Source: Antedon mediterranea (lineage: Eukaryota; Animalia; Echinodermata). From it: a stretch of 64,000 nucleotides of DNA. Below the pieces are notes generated by a model. The model was given only the letters and a program-made list of their open reading frames with translations. It did no database searches and was not told the origin of the DNA. Location: contig NC_092674.1 in assembly GCF_964355755.1 (NCBI RefSeq), forward strand, positions 10,540,001 through 10,604,000, read 5' to 3'. The translations under genes were made by a program, and so were the position numbers. Shown here in pieces: positions 1-18,160 of this stretch; position 1 is the stretch's first letter; each line of letters begins with the position of its first letter.

Positions 1-5588
<5,588 letters not shown>

Positions 5589-5764
5589 ACAATAAAAATA
5601 TTCTAGTCCCATTGACAACGCAAAGTTGTATTTTTGTTTGAAGTTTAATCAAAAAGACTGAATATGTCATTATTCTACTTTTGTAAAAAGACAAAATATA
5701 CAGTTAAATTCAACTTTTTGCTTTAAATTATATTTTTTCAGGTACTATAAGTTTTTTCAGCTCA

Positions 5765-6022
5765 ATCTCTCTTAACGACCACACCTCTCGTAAGTGACGA
5801 CCTCTTTTAAAAGAGCCACCATCTCTATTAAAGGATCGCTTCTCATAATCGACCATCTCCCGTCACAATGACCTCTCGAAAATGACCACCTTTAACGATC
5901 ATCGTCTCTGTTAATGGACCGCTTCTCATCATTAACCACATCACGTAAGCGACCTCCTCTCTTAACGACCACACCTCTCGTCAATGACGACTCTTTTAAA
6001 GGACCGCTTCTCTTAACGACCA
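5765..6022. repeat. Short imperfect tandem array of ctcttaacgaccac/gacctct units, probably MITE subterminal repeats
   Basis: Recurrent ctct(c)ttaacgacc, gacgacctct and gaccgcttctc motifs; no intact TIR pair identified. Confidence 0.45.
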
Positions 6023-6152
6023 GTTTAAGTTTTAGATTTATTTCACACATAAATATAACACAATAGATACATTTTTCTTTTCTCTCTTCTTTAAAAAAAA
6101 TATATAAATGATTAAAAAATGTGTGTGGAGATTGCATTAAGCCAATTTGGAT

Positions 6153-6906
6153 TTAGGTCTGTGTACTTTTCAAACTCCCACTAGTTTGAAATTTCTTTCC
6201 GCACAATTCACATTCATAAGGTGTCTCTCCTGTATGTATTCTCAAATGCCTCTTTAAATTCCCATTGTGTTTAAATTTCTTTCCGCACAATTCACATTCA
6301 TAAGGTGTCTCTCCTGTATGTACTCTCAAATGCATCTTTAAATTCCCATTGTGTTTAAATTTCTTTCCGCACTGTTCACATTCATAAGGTGTCTCTCCTG
6401 TATGTACTCTCAAATGCATCTTTAAATTCCAATTGTGTTTAAATTTCTTTCCGCACTGTTCACATTCATAAGGTGTCTCTCCTGTATGTACTCTCAAATG
6501 CATCGTTAAATTCCCATTGTGTTTAAATTTCTTTCCGCACTGTTCACATTCATAAGGTGTCTCTCCTGTATGTACTCTCAAATGCATCTTTAAATTCCCA
6601 TTGTGTTTAAATTTCTTTCCGCACTGTTCACATTCATAAGGTGTCTCTCCTGTATGTACTCTCAAATGCATCTTTAAATTCCCATTGTGTTTAAATTTCT
6701 TTCCGCACTGTTCACATTCATAAGGTGTCTCTCCTGTATGTACTCTCAAATGCATCTTCAAATTCCCATTTTGTTTAAATTTCTTTCCGCACAATTCACA
6801 TTCATAAGGTGTCTCTCCTGTATGTACTCTCAAATGCATCTTCAAATTCCCATTTTGTTTAATTTTTTTTCCACAATGTTCACATTCATAAGTTTTCTCT
6901 CCTGTG
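6153..6906 (-). pseudogene. 5'-truncated C2H2 zinc-finger array (~8 near-identical fingers) cut by the Maverick-like insertion
   Basis: Open frame [24 protein letters not shown]... reaches 6905, where finger DNA abruptly gives way to AGTAGAGAG. The family N-terminus is absent. Confidence 0.8.
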
Positions 6907-7044
6907 AGTAGAGAGCATGTTAGTCTAGTCAGTCGTGATTATAACAATGGTTAACAATGGGGGTAGTATAATACAATAGAGTATATCATTTCACTAGAAT
7001 TGTTATATAGATTTGTTATATATTAATATACATTGTAATATAAA

Positions 7045-10000
7045 ACTAGAAAGCCACTCCGAGAGGGCATACCTCCGCCTACTGTAAAATTCTCCTACAT
7101 AAGATTTCTCCGGTAAAAAAAAAAATATATATATATTTGTGTGTGTCTTAATGCTGTTTGTGATTTAGGCTAATTTCATTACAAGCATGTGTATGCGAGT
7201 TTGGTGTAATGGTTAAGTAACAAGCCTTTCAATTAACAATATAGCTTCAGTTGACTAACAATAGAACAGCAACGCGAAAATCAAACGAGTGAATTTGAAA
7301 AGAAATAGGTTTTTTAAACTACTAGCATAAAAAAACGTGCACATTAAATCAAATTATGTTTTAAAATTACAAATCACAAATTATAACTCTTGCCTCTTGT
7401 TAAAAAATGAAGTGATCGAGGAGTGTCTTGAAGCTGTACCGATTTGCGGCGCCTCTGCCTTAACCCATGTAGTAATATATCAATTTACCTGAAAATCAAT
7501 AGGCATGTTCTGTAAGTATATACCTGATGAAATAAGGAAGGACACACGCTGGTGCTAACAAAACTACTTATCAACTTACAATAGTTTAATTTGAATAACA
7601 ATAGAACAGCAACGCCAAAAACAAACGGGTGAATTTGAAAAGAAATAGGTTTTTTTAAACTACTCGTATAAAAAAGCTGCTACACTGAATCAACTTTTGT
7701 TTTAAAATTAAAAATCACAATTTATAACTCTTGCCTCTTGTACAAAAATGATGTTTTTTGGACAAGTAGTTCTCGAGAAAATGCAATTTCAGTACACTTG
7801 TTACTTTAAGACTGCTCGCCGGCTTTTGAAAATTGTCTCCTATCTTTTAACACTAGCCGGTCTGAAAATAATATCATTTTTGTTATTTGTGAAGTTATTA
7901 ATAAACCAATTTTGTTGATTTTCAATAGGCATGGTCTGACAATATATTCCTATCTACACCCAAAAATTCAGAACGATAACTTGAAAACTGTAGGCGCTAT
8001 CGTGCTAACAAACAAACAAACAAACATACAAACATACAAACATACATACAAACAAAGTGAATACTATACTTGGCAAAATTCTTTTTGCCAAGTAACAAAC
8101 TAGCCTTCGCGCATAGCGCGATACTTGGCCAAATCAAAATTGGCCTCCCGACATTGACCCAATTTTCACCAAAAGTGTGTGTCTTATGCTGTGTGTGATT
8201 TACGCTAATTTCACTACAATCATGTGTATACGAGTTTGGTGTACAGGTTATGTAACCAGCCTTTCAACGAACAATAGCTTCAGTCGGCTAACAATAGAAC
8301 AGCAACGCGAAAAACACACGGGTGAATTTGAAAAGAAATAGGTTTTGTAAACTACTCGCATCAAAAAACCTCTATATTAAATCTAATTCAGTTTTAAAAT
8401 TACAAATCACAAATTATAACTCTTGCCTCTTGTACAAAAATGAAGTTTTTTGGACAAGTAGTTCCCGAGAAAATGCAATTTAAGTTTACTTGTTAATTTA
8501 AGACTGCTCACCGGCTTTTGATAATTCTGTCCTATCTTTTAACACTAGCAGGTCTGAAAATAATTTTTAAAAGTGGTCCAGAATTGGGACCGTGGTCCGG
8601 ATTTTAACCAAAATTCGACAGTGTCGTCCTTGCCCCAGGTGACATGTATGGTAGTAATTTGGAGTCATTCGAATCAAAATTGTGAGCGCTAGAGTGATGA
8701 CAAACAAACAAACTAGCCTTCGCGCATAGCGCGATACTTGGCCAAATCAAAATTGGCCTCCTAAACAAACTTGACCTTGACCGATTTTAACCCGATCAAA
8801 GTTCAGTATATGTCATAAACCTCCCATGTAACATGAAAATAGAGACATAATTTCTCTAGATTTACTTATAAATCAGCCGTATAATTTATATACTAAGAAA
8901 TATACTTGAACAAACAATAAAAAAAAAATCTGATTTCGTTTCATTTCCCAAGGTGAGACTCGATCTCGGTAACTTAAATGCTGTAGACACCAGCACAGAC
9001 CACCGAGCTATACACAACTGACTAACATTTGAAGAAAGATTCCTATGTGTATTTACCATTGTGAGCGATAGAGCGATGACAAACACACACAAACCGAACC
9101 GAACAATAGAACAGCACGCGGGAGAAACACACGGGTGAATTTGAAAAGAAATAGGTTTTGTAAACTACTCGCATCAAAAAACCTGTATATTAAATCAATT
9201 TATGTTTTAAAATTACAAATCACCAATTATAACTCTTGGCTCTTGTACAAAAATGAAGTTTTTTGGACAAGTAGTTCTCGAGAAAATGCAATTTTAGTTT
9301 ACTTGTTAATTTAAGACTGCTCACCGGCTTTTTATAATTCTGTCCTATCTTTTAACACTAGCAGGTCTGAACATAATTTTTAAAAGTGGCCCAGAATTGG
9401 AACCGTGGTCCGGATTTTAACCAAAATTGGGCGGTGTCTTCCTTGCACCAGGTGACATGTCTGGTAGTAATTTGGAGTCATTCGAATCAAAACTGTGAGC
9501 GCTAGAGTGATGACAAACAAACAAACAAACAAACAAACAGTTAAAAAATGTCCATGGTTAATGTTCACTGCGGAGTTAGAAGATATAATCAATTGTGAGT
9601 TTTTAATAAATAAAGAAAAGGCAAAAAAAATGTGGTCAGATATGGACCGTAACAATTTAGCAAGGTATAAAATTAACGTTTATAAAATTGATATTTAGGT
9701 AAAGTAAAATATAACTTGCCTGAAAGAGATAAAAAGAGTTATAAAATTAAGAATTCTGTGGTAAATTATACGTACATTGTTAAGGATTGAAAAACGTGTA
9801 AAGAGTGTATAACATAGAGGAATTTTTTTGTACTGAAAGTTAGTTAATGTCAATTATATTGTATTGTATCATTACATTACTCATGTGCTCAATGTACTCA
9901 TTGTAAACGAACATTTTATTGATGAAGAAATAAAAGTGGGTCGATCCTACATAAGACAAAAAAAACAAACAAACAGATCAACATACTTGGCCAATTTTCA

Positions 10001-10073
10001 ATTTGGCCAAGTAACAAACACACACACACAATCAACACGCTACCGATTACATATACCTCCTTGGCGGAGGTAA
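7045..10073. mobile_element. Nest of non-autonomous repeats with subterminal inverted motifs, end hairpins and (AAAC)n tracts (DINE-1/Helentron-like or Crypton-like)
   Basis: The outer element runs actagaaagccactccgagagggcatacctccgcc ... tacctccttggcggaggtaa. Inner copies start actagccttcgcgcatagcgcgatacttggcc (~8099, ~8712), and ends of the form acttggc(c)aa...ttg(g)ccaagt lie at ~8068 and ~9985. The block aacaatagaacagca recurs at ~7257, 7597, 8290 and 9101. Confidence 0.6.
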
Positions 10074-11399
10074 ATTATTAAATAATAAATACAAAATATT
10101 TGGTGATGATTTAGTCGTTTGTGATGAGAACAAATGGTTTACAATGGTTGAAGTCAATAGGTGTTATGTTTCGGATATAATAATACAATGGTTAAGGAAG
10201 TAAAAGATTGTTGTAAGATTTGAATTAGTCATGTAGTTGGCGGTATTTTTAAAAAGGGGTACAATAAAAGATGCACCTGGTTTAATTAAAACAACGTAAC
10301 AACATAAGTTATTTGATCCGGATATTATAACAATGACTAAAACAAAAAGATTAGAATGAATGAAGTTAAATAATAAGTATGTCTTGATTGAACTATACCA
10401 ACAGCTACCATCTCCAGGCGGTCTAGCCCGGTGAGGGTGCTCGAGGAAGTGACGTCAAATAACGGGTATTTTTTCTCCGGATATTATAAAAATGACAAAT
10501 ACAAAAAGATAAAAATGAATGAAGTGAAATTGGACGCTTCTGATGTCATGCATAAATAAATTTGTTATGTTTAAATATCGGGGGGGGGGGGGGGGTATTA
10601 TTTGAAATTCTATGTCAGTGTTATCAATTACATCGAAGTCACTCAAACTCTATAGTAGAGCAGTTAACGCCATAAAAATAGCCAAGTTGTGCACTTTATT
10701 ACCAAAGCATGAAACTTTCCACAAAGTTTCTTTGATGTATATAGATTAAAAATATCGGGGGGTGCCAAGTGTCCAACGTCCGGTATGGCGGCCATCTTGA
10801 TTTCAAAATGGCCACCATAAAAACAAAAAGTGTTCATATCTTGGCAACTATAAACAGTGGAGACTTGATTCTGGTGTTAAATTGTTCACAAACCACATAT
10901 TTCTATTTGTTCTAATGTAAAGTTTCGTCCAAAAAATGACCGGAAATGACGTTTCTTCCAGTTTGACCTTTGACCTCTTATTTGTATATCTCAATAACTA
11001 CTAATCATTTTCAATCGATTTTGGTGTCATTTTGTTCAGAGAGACATTTATATTTGTAGTAATGAAACATTTTAACATAAAATGACTGGAAATACAATTT
11101 ATAACCTTTGACATATATAATTATGTGAACATACTGTATGTGGTTTACATTGGTATAAATGCACCTAATTTTTATACCGAAATAAATGACACATAACGCA
11201 AAAATGACCAGGAATTATTATTCTGAATTTTTGACGTTTGATGTGATAGGATAGGCATAAAGTATGACAGATCACTGAGCTCATCTATGCCGACTTGTTT
11301 GATGTGTCAATCGTTAGATAACAGTTTTGGTCCTCTCTCCTTTATCTTTTCTTTTCTTTTTTTTAAATGTATTATACCATATGTTGAATTGAATTGTTA

Positions 11400-14135
11400 G
11401 ATGCCATTTGGAAAACTTTTGATGTAAAGTAGCATTCTTTCGTTGGCCTCTTTGATGTTGCATATGAGACAAGTTCGGAAAGTTCTCATTTTCGTGAGTT
11501 AAGAGAAGAGAACACCATCTTTCAAAGTACTTACTACAAACTTATCCTGCATTTGTGCAGTAGACCTACTTTCATTAGTCAAAAACTCAGATAATTCTTG
11601 TTCATTTTCGTTGCATCTAAAAAAATGTACTCCATTTTTATGGTATTGCTGTAAACCTTTCATCTGAATCATTTTCTCTAGTCATTGATTTTTTAGCAAA
11701 ATCCGAACCAAATCAATTCGTAAAAGACATCTCATTATAATTATTCAAATAATCCTCAAATTAGTGACATGGACCTACAATATACTGTTCTGTACAAGAC
11801 CTTTTTAGGCATCCACCTGTGGACTTTCACTTTGAAGGTCTTGGTCTCCTATCATACAAGAAACAATGTCTGATTTAATCAATCAAAGCAGTGGGTCCAG
11901 ACAAAGAAGGGGGTGTAAGACCATCCACATACAAAGAAGGGGGTGTAAGACCATCCATATACAAAGGAGTGGGTATAAGACCATCCACAGACAAAGAAGG
12001 GGATATAAGACCATCCACAGACAAACAAAGAAGGGGTGTAAGACCATCCACAGACAAAGAAGGGGGTATAAGACCATCCACAGACAAAGAAAGGGGTATA
12101 AGGCCATCTACAGACAAAGAAGGGGTGTAGGACCGTCCACAGACAAAGAAGGGGTTGTAAGACCATCCACTGACAAAGAAAGGGTATAGGACCATCCACA
12201 GACAAAGAAGGGGGTGTAGGACCGTCCACAGACAAAGAAAGGGGTGTAAGACCATCCACTGACAAAGAAATGTGTATAGGACTACTTACAGACAAAGAAG
12301 GGGGTATAAGACCATCCACAGACAAAGAAGGGGTGTAGGACCATTCACAGACAAGGAAGGAGGTGTAGGACCATCCACAGACAAAGAAGGGGGTATAAGA
12401 CCATCCACAGACAAAGAAGGGGGTGTAAGACCATCCACAGACAAAGAAGGGGGTGTAGGACCATCCATAGACAAAGAAGGGGTGTAGGACCATTCACAGA
12501 CAAGGAAGGAGGTGTAGGACCATCCACAGACAAAGAAGGGGTATAAGACCATCCACAGACAAAGAAGGGGGTGTAAGACCATCCACAGACAAAGAAGGGG
12601 TGTAGGACCATTCACAGACAAGGAAGGAGGTGTAGGACCATCCACAAACAAAGAAGGGGGTGTAAGACCATCCACAGACAAAGAAGGGGGTGTAAGACCA
12701 TCCACAGACAAAGAAGGGGTGTAGGACCATTCACAGACAAGGAAGGAGGTGTAGGACCATCCACAAACAAAGAAGGGGGTATAAGACCATCCACAGACAA
12801 AGAAGGGGGTGTAAGACCATCCACAGACAAAGAAGGGGGTGTAGGACCGTCCACAGACAAAGAAGGGGTGTAAGACCATCCACTGACAAAGAAATGTGTA
12901 TAGGACTACTTACAGACAAAGAAGGGGGTATAAGACCATCCACAGACAAAGAAGGGGGTGTAGGACCATCCACAGACAAAGAAGGGGTGTCGGACCATCT
13001 ACAAACAAAGAAAGGGATGTAAGACCACCCACAGACAAAGAAGGGGTACAAGACCATCCACACACAAAGAAGGGATTATAAGACCACCAATAGACAAAGA
13101 AGGGGTGTAAGACCATCCACTGACAAAGAAAGTGGTATAGGACCACTTACAGATCAAGAAGAGGGTATAAGACCATCCACAGACAAAGAAGGGGGTGTAG
13201 GACCATCCACAGACAAAGAAGGGGTGTCGGACCATCTACAAACAAAGAAAGGGATGTAAGACCACCCACAGACAAAGAAGGGGTACAAGACCATCCACAC
13301 ACAAAGAAGGGATTATAAGACCACCAACAGACAAAGAAGGGGGTGTAGGACCATCGACAGACAAAGAAGGGGGTATAGGACCATCGACAGATAAAGAAGG
13401 GGTGTTAGACCATCTACAAACAAAGAAGGGGGTGTAGGACCATCGACAGACAAAGAAGGGGGTGTAGGACCACCCACAGACAAAGAAGGGGGTGTAGGAC
13501 CACCCACAGACAAAGAAGGGGTACAAGACCATCCACACACAAAGAAGGGATTATAAGACCACCGACAGACAAAGAAGGGGGTATAGGACCATCGACAGAC
13601 AAAGAAGGGGGTATAGGACCATCCACAGACAAAGAAGGGGTGTTAGACCATCTACAGACAAAGAAAGGGGTGTAAGACCATCCACACACAAAGAAAGGGG
13701 TTTAATACCATCAACAGACAAAGAAAGGGGTGTAATACCATCAACAGACAAAGAAGGGGGTATAAGACCATCCACAGACACAGAAGGGGGTGTAATACCA
13801 TCCACAGATCAAGAAAGGGGGTGTAATACCATCTACAGACAAAGAAAGGGGTGTAAGACCATCCACACACAAAGAAAGGGGTGTAATACCATCCACTGAC
13901 AAAGAAAGGGGTGTAATACCATCAACAGACAAAGAAAGGGTGTAATACCATCACCAGACAAAGAAGGGGGTAGGCCTATAAGACCATCCACAGACACAGA
14001 AGGGGGTATAAGACCATCCACAGATCAAGAAAGGGGTGTAAGACCATCTACAGACAAAGAAGGAGGGTTAGGACCATATTAACCCAGGAAGCATACAAAA
14101 AGAAGATGCAATCAAAATAGGCCTACCACTTCGAA
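11400..14135 (-). pseudogene. Academ transposase remnant interrupted by a minisatellite
   Basis: Minus-strand fragments in order: PNPPSLSVDGL...KSDIVSCM..ESPQVDA...LRIDLV...SMTRE...IP*KWSTF/RCNENEQELSEFL...CNIKEANERMLLYI. These match the remembered Academ-type motif order PPSLS-KSDL-RID-W..FL..EN..EL-EEADTRMLLH. Confidence 0.7.
11897..14076. repeat. Minisatellite, 29-30 bp unit AGACAAAGAAGGGGGTGTAAGACCATCCAC, roughly 70 copies
   Basis: Directly visible tandem array with higher-order variant blocks. It explains all overlapping ORFs at 11866-14021. Confidence 0.97.
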
Positions 14136-15057
14136 AACAATAAATTGTAGAATAACTGAGGCTTAATTGTTGAAATATAAAGGGTTCTTTGTAAGTTCAT
14201 TAATAATATATTGATATAAACACGATCATCATACTAATTATTTGAAATTCAAATACAGTCTATATCGAAAAGAGGCTCATACTATCACCTTTTTGAGGTT
14301 TTACGGTATTCCATACATGTATGTTATTTCCTCTGTCAAACTATTAAAACTTTTAGCGAATCAGAAGGTGCCAACATCGTTGAACTAATGGTACCACCAA
14401 GCACAATGTTTACCAATTTTATGTAGGCTACTATATACAATTCATTAATCATTTAATATAATTACGCCTATCAGGTAAAATTTCAAAATTAGGTGCATTT
14501 AAGACCAACAAAAACCACATACAGTATATTCACATAATTAAAAATCAATAAATAAATGTCAAAGGTCATAAATTGTTTTTTCGGTCATTTTATGTGAAAA
14601 TGTTCCATTACTACAAATATAAATGTACTGTATTTATTCTGAACAAAATGACACCAAAATCGATTGAAAATGACCAGTAGTTACAAAGATATACAAAGAC
14701 AAGGTCAAAGGTCAAACTGTAAGAAACGTCATTTCCGGTCATTTGTGGACGAAACTTTTCATTAGAGCAAATAGAAATATATAGTTTGTGAACAATTTGA
14801 GACCAGAATTAAGTCTCTAATGTGTATAGTTGCCAAGATATGAACATTTTTTGATTTTATGGTGGCCATTTTGAAATCAAGATGGCCGCCATACCGGACG
14901 TTGGACACTTGGCACCCCCCGATATTTTGAATCTATATACATCAAAGACACTTTGTGGAAAGTTTCATGCTTTGGTAATAAAGTGCACAGCTCATGTCAT
15001 TAACTGCTCTACTACTAGTACTAGTTCCAAAGTATTACCGTTACACGAGGTTAAAAG

Positions 15058-15437
15058 ATGAATTCTAACGTGCATACCGGTAATGAACAAGAATTTGAAA
15101 ACAGCAGTCTTAGCGGTAACGAGGAATTTTTGTTAGAAATTCTTGATGACAACGATGAAATGGTAAGTTGAATCAATTTGTACAAGAAAAAAAAAAGAAA
15201 TTTACGTATATTATTTTCCAAATGTTATTAAGATTTAATTTGTTCTGTCTGTTACATGGGGTCTTGTTATTTAATTTTCAGATTCGATGTATAGAAGAGT
15301 TAATTGATGATCAGAACGAATTATGTAATGAAATGGTAAGTTACTATTTCTATAAATTTATTTTTAAAATGGTAATAATATATGATTATCATATTATTTA
15401 TGTTCTGATTCCCTGTGTTTAGATAAGGATGCTTTAG
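15058..15437 (+). CDS. Putative small spliced acidic ORF inside the Maverick-like element (exons 15058-15162, 15282-15335, 15423-)
   Basis: MNSNVHTGNEQEFENSSLSGNEEFLLEILDDNDEM|gtaagtt ... ttttcag|IRCIEELIDDQNELCNEM|gtaagtt ... tgtttag|IRML*. Splice sites are consensus and in phase 0. Confidence 0.4.
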
Positions 15438-16135
15438 ACCAGGTCCGCCTAATATTATTAGCCAATCAAAATCGTATAATTTTTGGAGGGAAAATGTTAT
15501 CCTCCTCTGAAGCCTAAAATTTGCATGTCCAGTATAAAAGTAGAATGTAATAGATATTAAGAAGAAGAGAGAATAAGATCAAAGTAGATAAACGGAAAGA
15601 TGATAAAGAAAATAAGGCTTGACTGGTAGAAAGATGTATTAATCGAGTTACAAGGAATAAAAGTTCTAGTTGAGTTAAATATACTTTTTGTATGAGTTTA
15701 TCATTCAGTGACAGTGTACGTCGCGTGGAGTTATATACGCCTGAGAAAGCTCGGAACCAACTAAAATATTCACTACAATGATATTTAGTCTAATATAAAA
15801 ATTTTGTATTACAGTACGGTATTTTGATTGAAAGTAGTAATAACGAAAGGGAAGAAACACTTCAATTAGAGAATGACATGGCAGTTGCAGAAATTTGCCG
15901 CATTGCAAGAAACAAAAGAGGTAATTTAGACGAAGAAGAATTTGATTGCACTTCGACCAATGTTCCGACAGGAAATACAACAATGACAATTGGCTGAAAC
16001 AAATTTAGTAAATGCCGAATGTAATCCTTTGACTGTATATAACTCTCGATTATTTTGTAATCTTTACCTCATTCCACAACGCTACAGAGTCTGACAGACT
16101 TAGCATATTCAATCAAAAACCAACAACTAGTTATT

Positions 16136-16825
16136 ATGGGTTCCGTGATTGAAATCATTGATCTTACTATGGACTCTGATGTCGAAGAAGAAATTATAGA
16201 TACAACCAGTGATTCAGAATTTGAAGACGAAGACATACTAGCTATGGCTGGTGCCTATTTTACAGCAGAGGAGGAGGAAGAGATAGGGGATATGACGTGT
16301 TTACTGGCGATTCAACCCCCACATCCAATGAACGTTGATTTAAATAATGTATCTAATATGTATATACTGAAGAGGAGAGGATTGTATACGGTGACATGTC
16401 ATCGGTAAGTGACTACCACATATTTCTAGCAAGAATAGCCGATGTAGAAGCTGAGGTAGAAGATGAGGTGTTTATGGAAGAGTACCTGAACCCTGTGATG
16501 GAGGCGGAAATTAAGAAAGAAACTACCGAACTTGAGTACAAAGAAATAATGAGAACAATTGAGAAGGTTTTTCATAGAAGAATTTATATTCATTCTGAAT
16601 GACATGGTTGAACGTTATAACTTTCACGGCTCAAGATATGAGCAAATCCTAACATTTTTTCGACCAATTCTGGCATTGAAACTTGTGGACATTAGCGCTA
16701 CCCATTTTGAATGGGCGCTAAACTACTTTCATTTACGTTGTATCAATGTTGATGCGTTCGATAAAGCCATAAAGTTGATTACAAATGATTCAGAACTGTT
16801 TAATAAGATTCTTAACCAAATATAA
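16136..16825 (+). pseudogene. Frameshifted acidic viral-type accessory gene with an N-terminal SUMO-interacting motif
   Basis: Three overlapping ORFs (16136-16408, 16396-16602, 16559-16825) appear to join into one ~230-aa product. It begins MGSVIEIIDLTMDSDVEEE. A TATA-like gtatataa lies at 16035, tcattc at 16069 and aataaa at ~16958. Confidence 0.55.
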
Positions 16826-17060
16826 TTTGTACAAATTTAAATATTATCTTAACACTTTTAATTAATGTTATATATTTTTATAATTCTTATTTCTTTTCGG
16901 TAAATTTATTATTATTATTATGGTTGTTAAATATATTGAAATAGAATGTGTGTTAAAAATAAAGGTTGTGTTTTTTTTTTAAAGCAACAACGAAAATGAA
17001 ATTTGATCTTTGCGTGTTATTTAAGTATTTGATTTATTTTGTAAGTTTTCATTTGGGTGA

Positions 17061-17273
17061 ATGAGTGTAATGAGTATGGATGAGTACTTAAGAAAAGTAT
17101 ATTACGATCCTAAGTATCCTGATAGTTTTGGTGGTGTGGACCGACTTTATCAAAATGTAAAAGACGATTTAAATATTACCAAGAGACAAGTTCAAGACTG
17201 ACTGAGCAAGCAAGATACATATACATTACACAAATCCAACAAAATAACCCGTAAACCAAAATCTCGCTTTTAA
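17061..17273 (+). pseudogene. Maverick/Polinton retroviral-like integrase, N-terminal fragment
   Basis: MDEYLRKVYYDPKYPDSFGGVDRLYQNVKDDLNITKRQVQD*LSKQDTYTLHK matches the typical Polinton integrase start (YYDP..P.SFGGV..LY...V..WL..QD.YTLHK). It has a W-to-stop change and the catalytic core is deleted. Confidence 0.85.
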
Positions 17274-17289
17274 TATTTATTTTATATTA

Positions 17290-18160
17290 TAAATTTGTAA
17301 AAGTAGTTACCCTATTTTAATTCATGGTAAATTTATTTTTTGAATTAATTTAATTTGTTTTCTTTTCTGTTGAATTTTTATTATTATTGTGTTTGTAAAG
17401 TGTATTGCAATAGATTTGTTTAATGAAATAAATGAATTATGTTTTGACTTAATTTATGTCAGTGTAAATTTGTAAAAGTAGTTTCCCTATTTTTGTTCAT
17501 GGTAAACGCGTTATTGTATTTCTAAATTTATTCTTTGAAGATTACGTCAATGACGTATTTAATATCTGCACCGAAAATCTAGGGATGGTGGAGACAACTC
17601 TACCATTCAAAAACAACATTTTTGATGTAGCGATTTTTTCAAGCGGTATTGTCATGAACGTATTGAAAAGAAAATTTCAATTACTGTTGTATTGTATTTA
17701 GTTTTACCCGTTCATGTTGGCATGATCAATATTTGCTCAAATTCCATTTTATCGTTATGTTTGTAGTATTTTAGAGATTCCCGATCATCGTAATAATGAT
17801 ATAACTAGAATTCGTAACCGTGTGTTAGATTCCACGCGTATTATATACATATTGTCTTACTTTAATTCATTCTCTCGTTATTCACCCGATGTAGTTTGAT
17901 CAAACAATTGTACCTGAGCCTGAAAGGTTAGTTGTTATGGTACAAGGAATCGGCCCGGAAAATAATTTGTTTTCTTTTCTGTTAAATTATTATTATGTTT
18001 GTGAAGTGTATTGCAATAGATTTGTTTAATGAAATTAAATTAATTAGGCCTATGTTTTGACTTAATTTACTGTCAGTGTAAATTTGTAAAAGTAGTTTTC
18101 CTACTTTAATTCATGGTAAATTTATTTATCGACTTAATTTAATTTGTTTTCTTTTCTGTT
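17290..18160. repeat. Dispersed direct repeats within the Maverick-like element
   Basis: aaatttgtaaaagtagtt..cct...ttcatggtaaa occurs at ~17291, 17466 and 18080. A ~150-bp block at 17354-17505 is repeated at ~17964-18120. Confidence 0.8.

Larger units (their letters stand above)
10653..15014 (-). mobile_element. Academ-superfamily DNA transposon, defective, ~520-bp TIRs, 3-bp TSD CTA
   Basis: tagtagagcagtta (10653) is the inverse of taactgctctacta (ending 15014). Inverted homology covers ~10653-11172 and ~14485-15014. Termini are TAG...CTA with cta on both flanks, and transposase remnants lie inside. Confidence 0.85.

Noticed and set aside
6153-6906. PRDM9 orthologue
   Set aside because: The array is homogeneous, but there is no PR/SET, SSXRD or KRAB sequence in the window and the fingers belong to the local family.
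11866-14021. Many overlapping ORFs with repetitive peptides, and a superficial CRISPR-like periodicity
   Set aside because: This is a pure tandem minisatellite with no unique spacers and no cas genes. The ORFs are by-products of a stop-poor unit.
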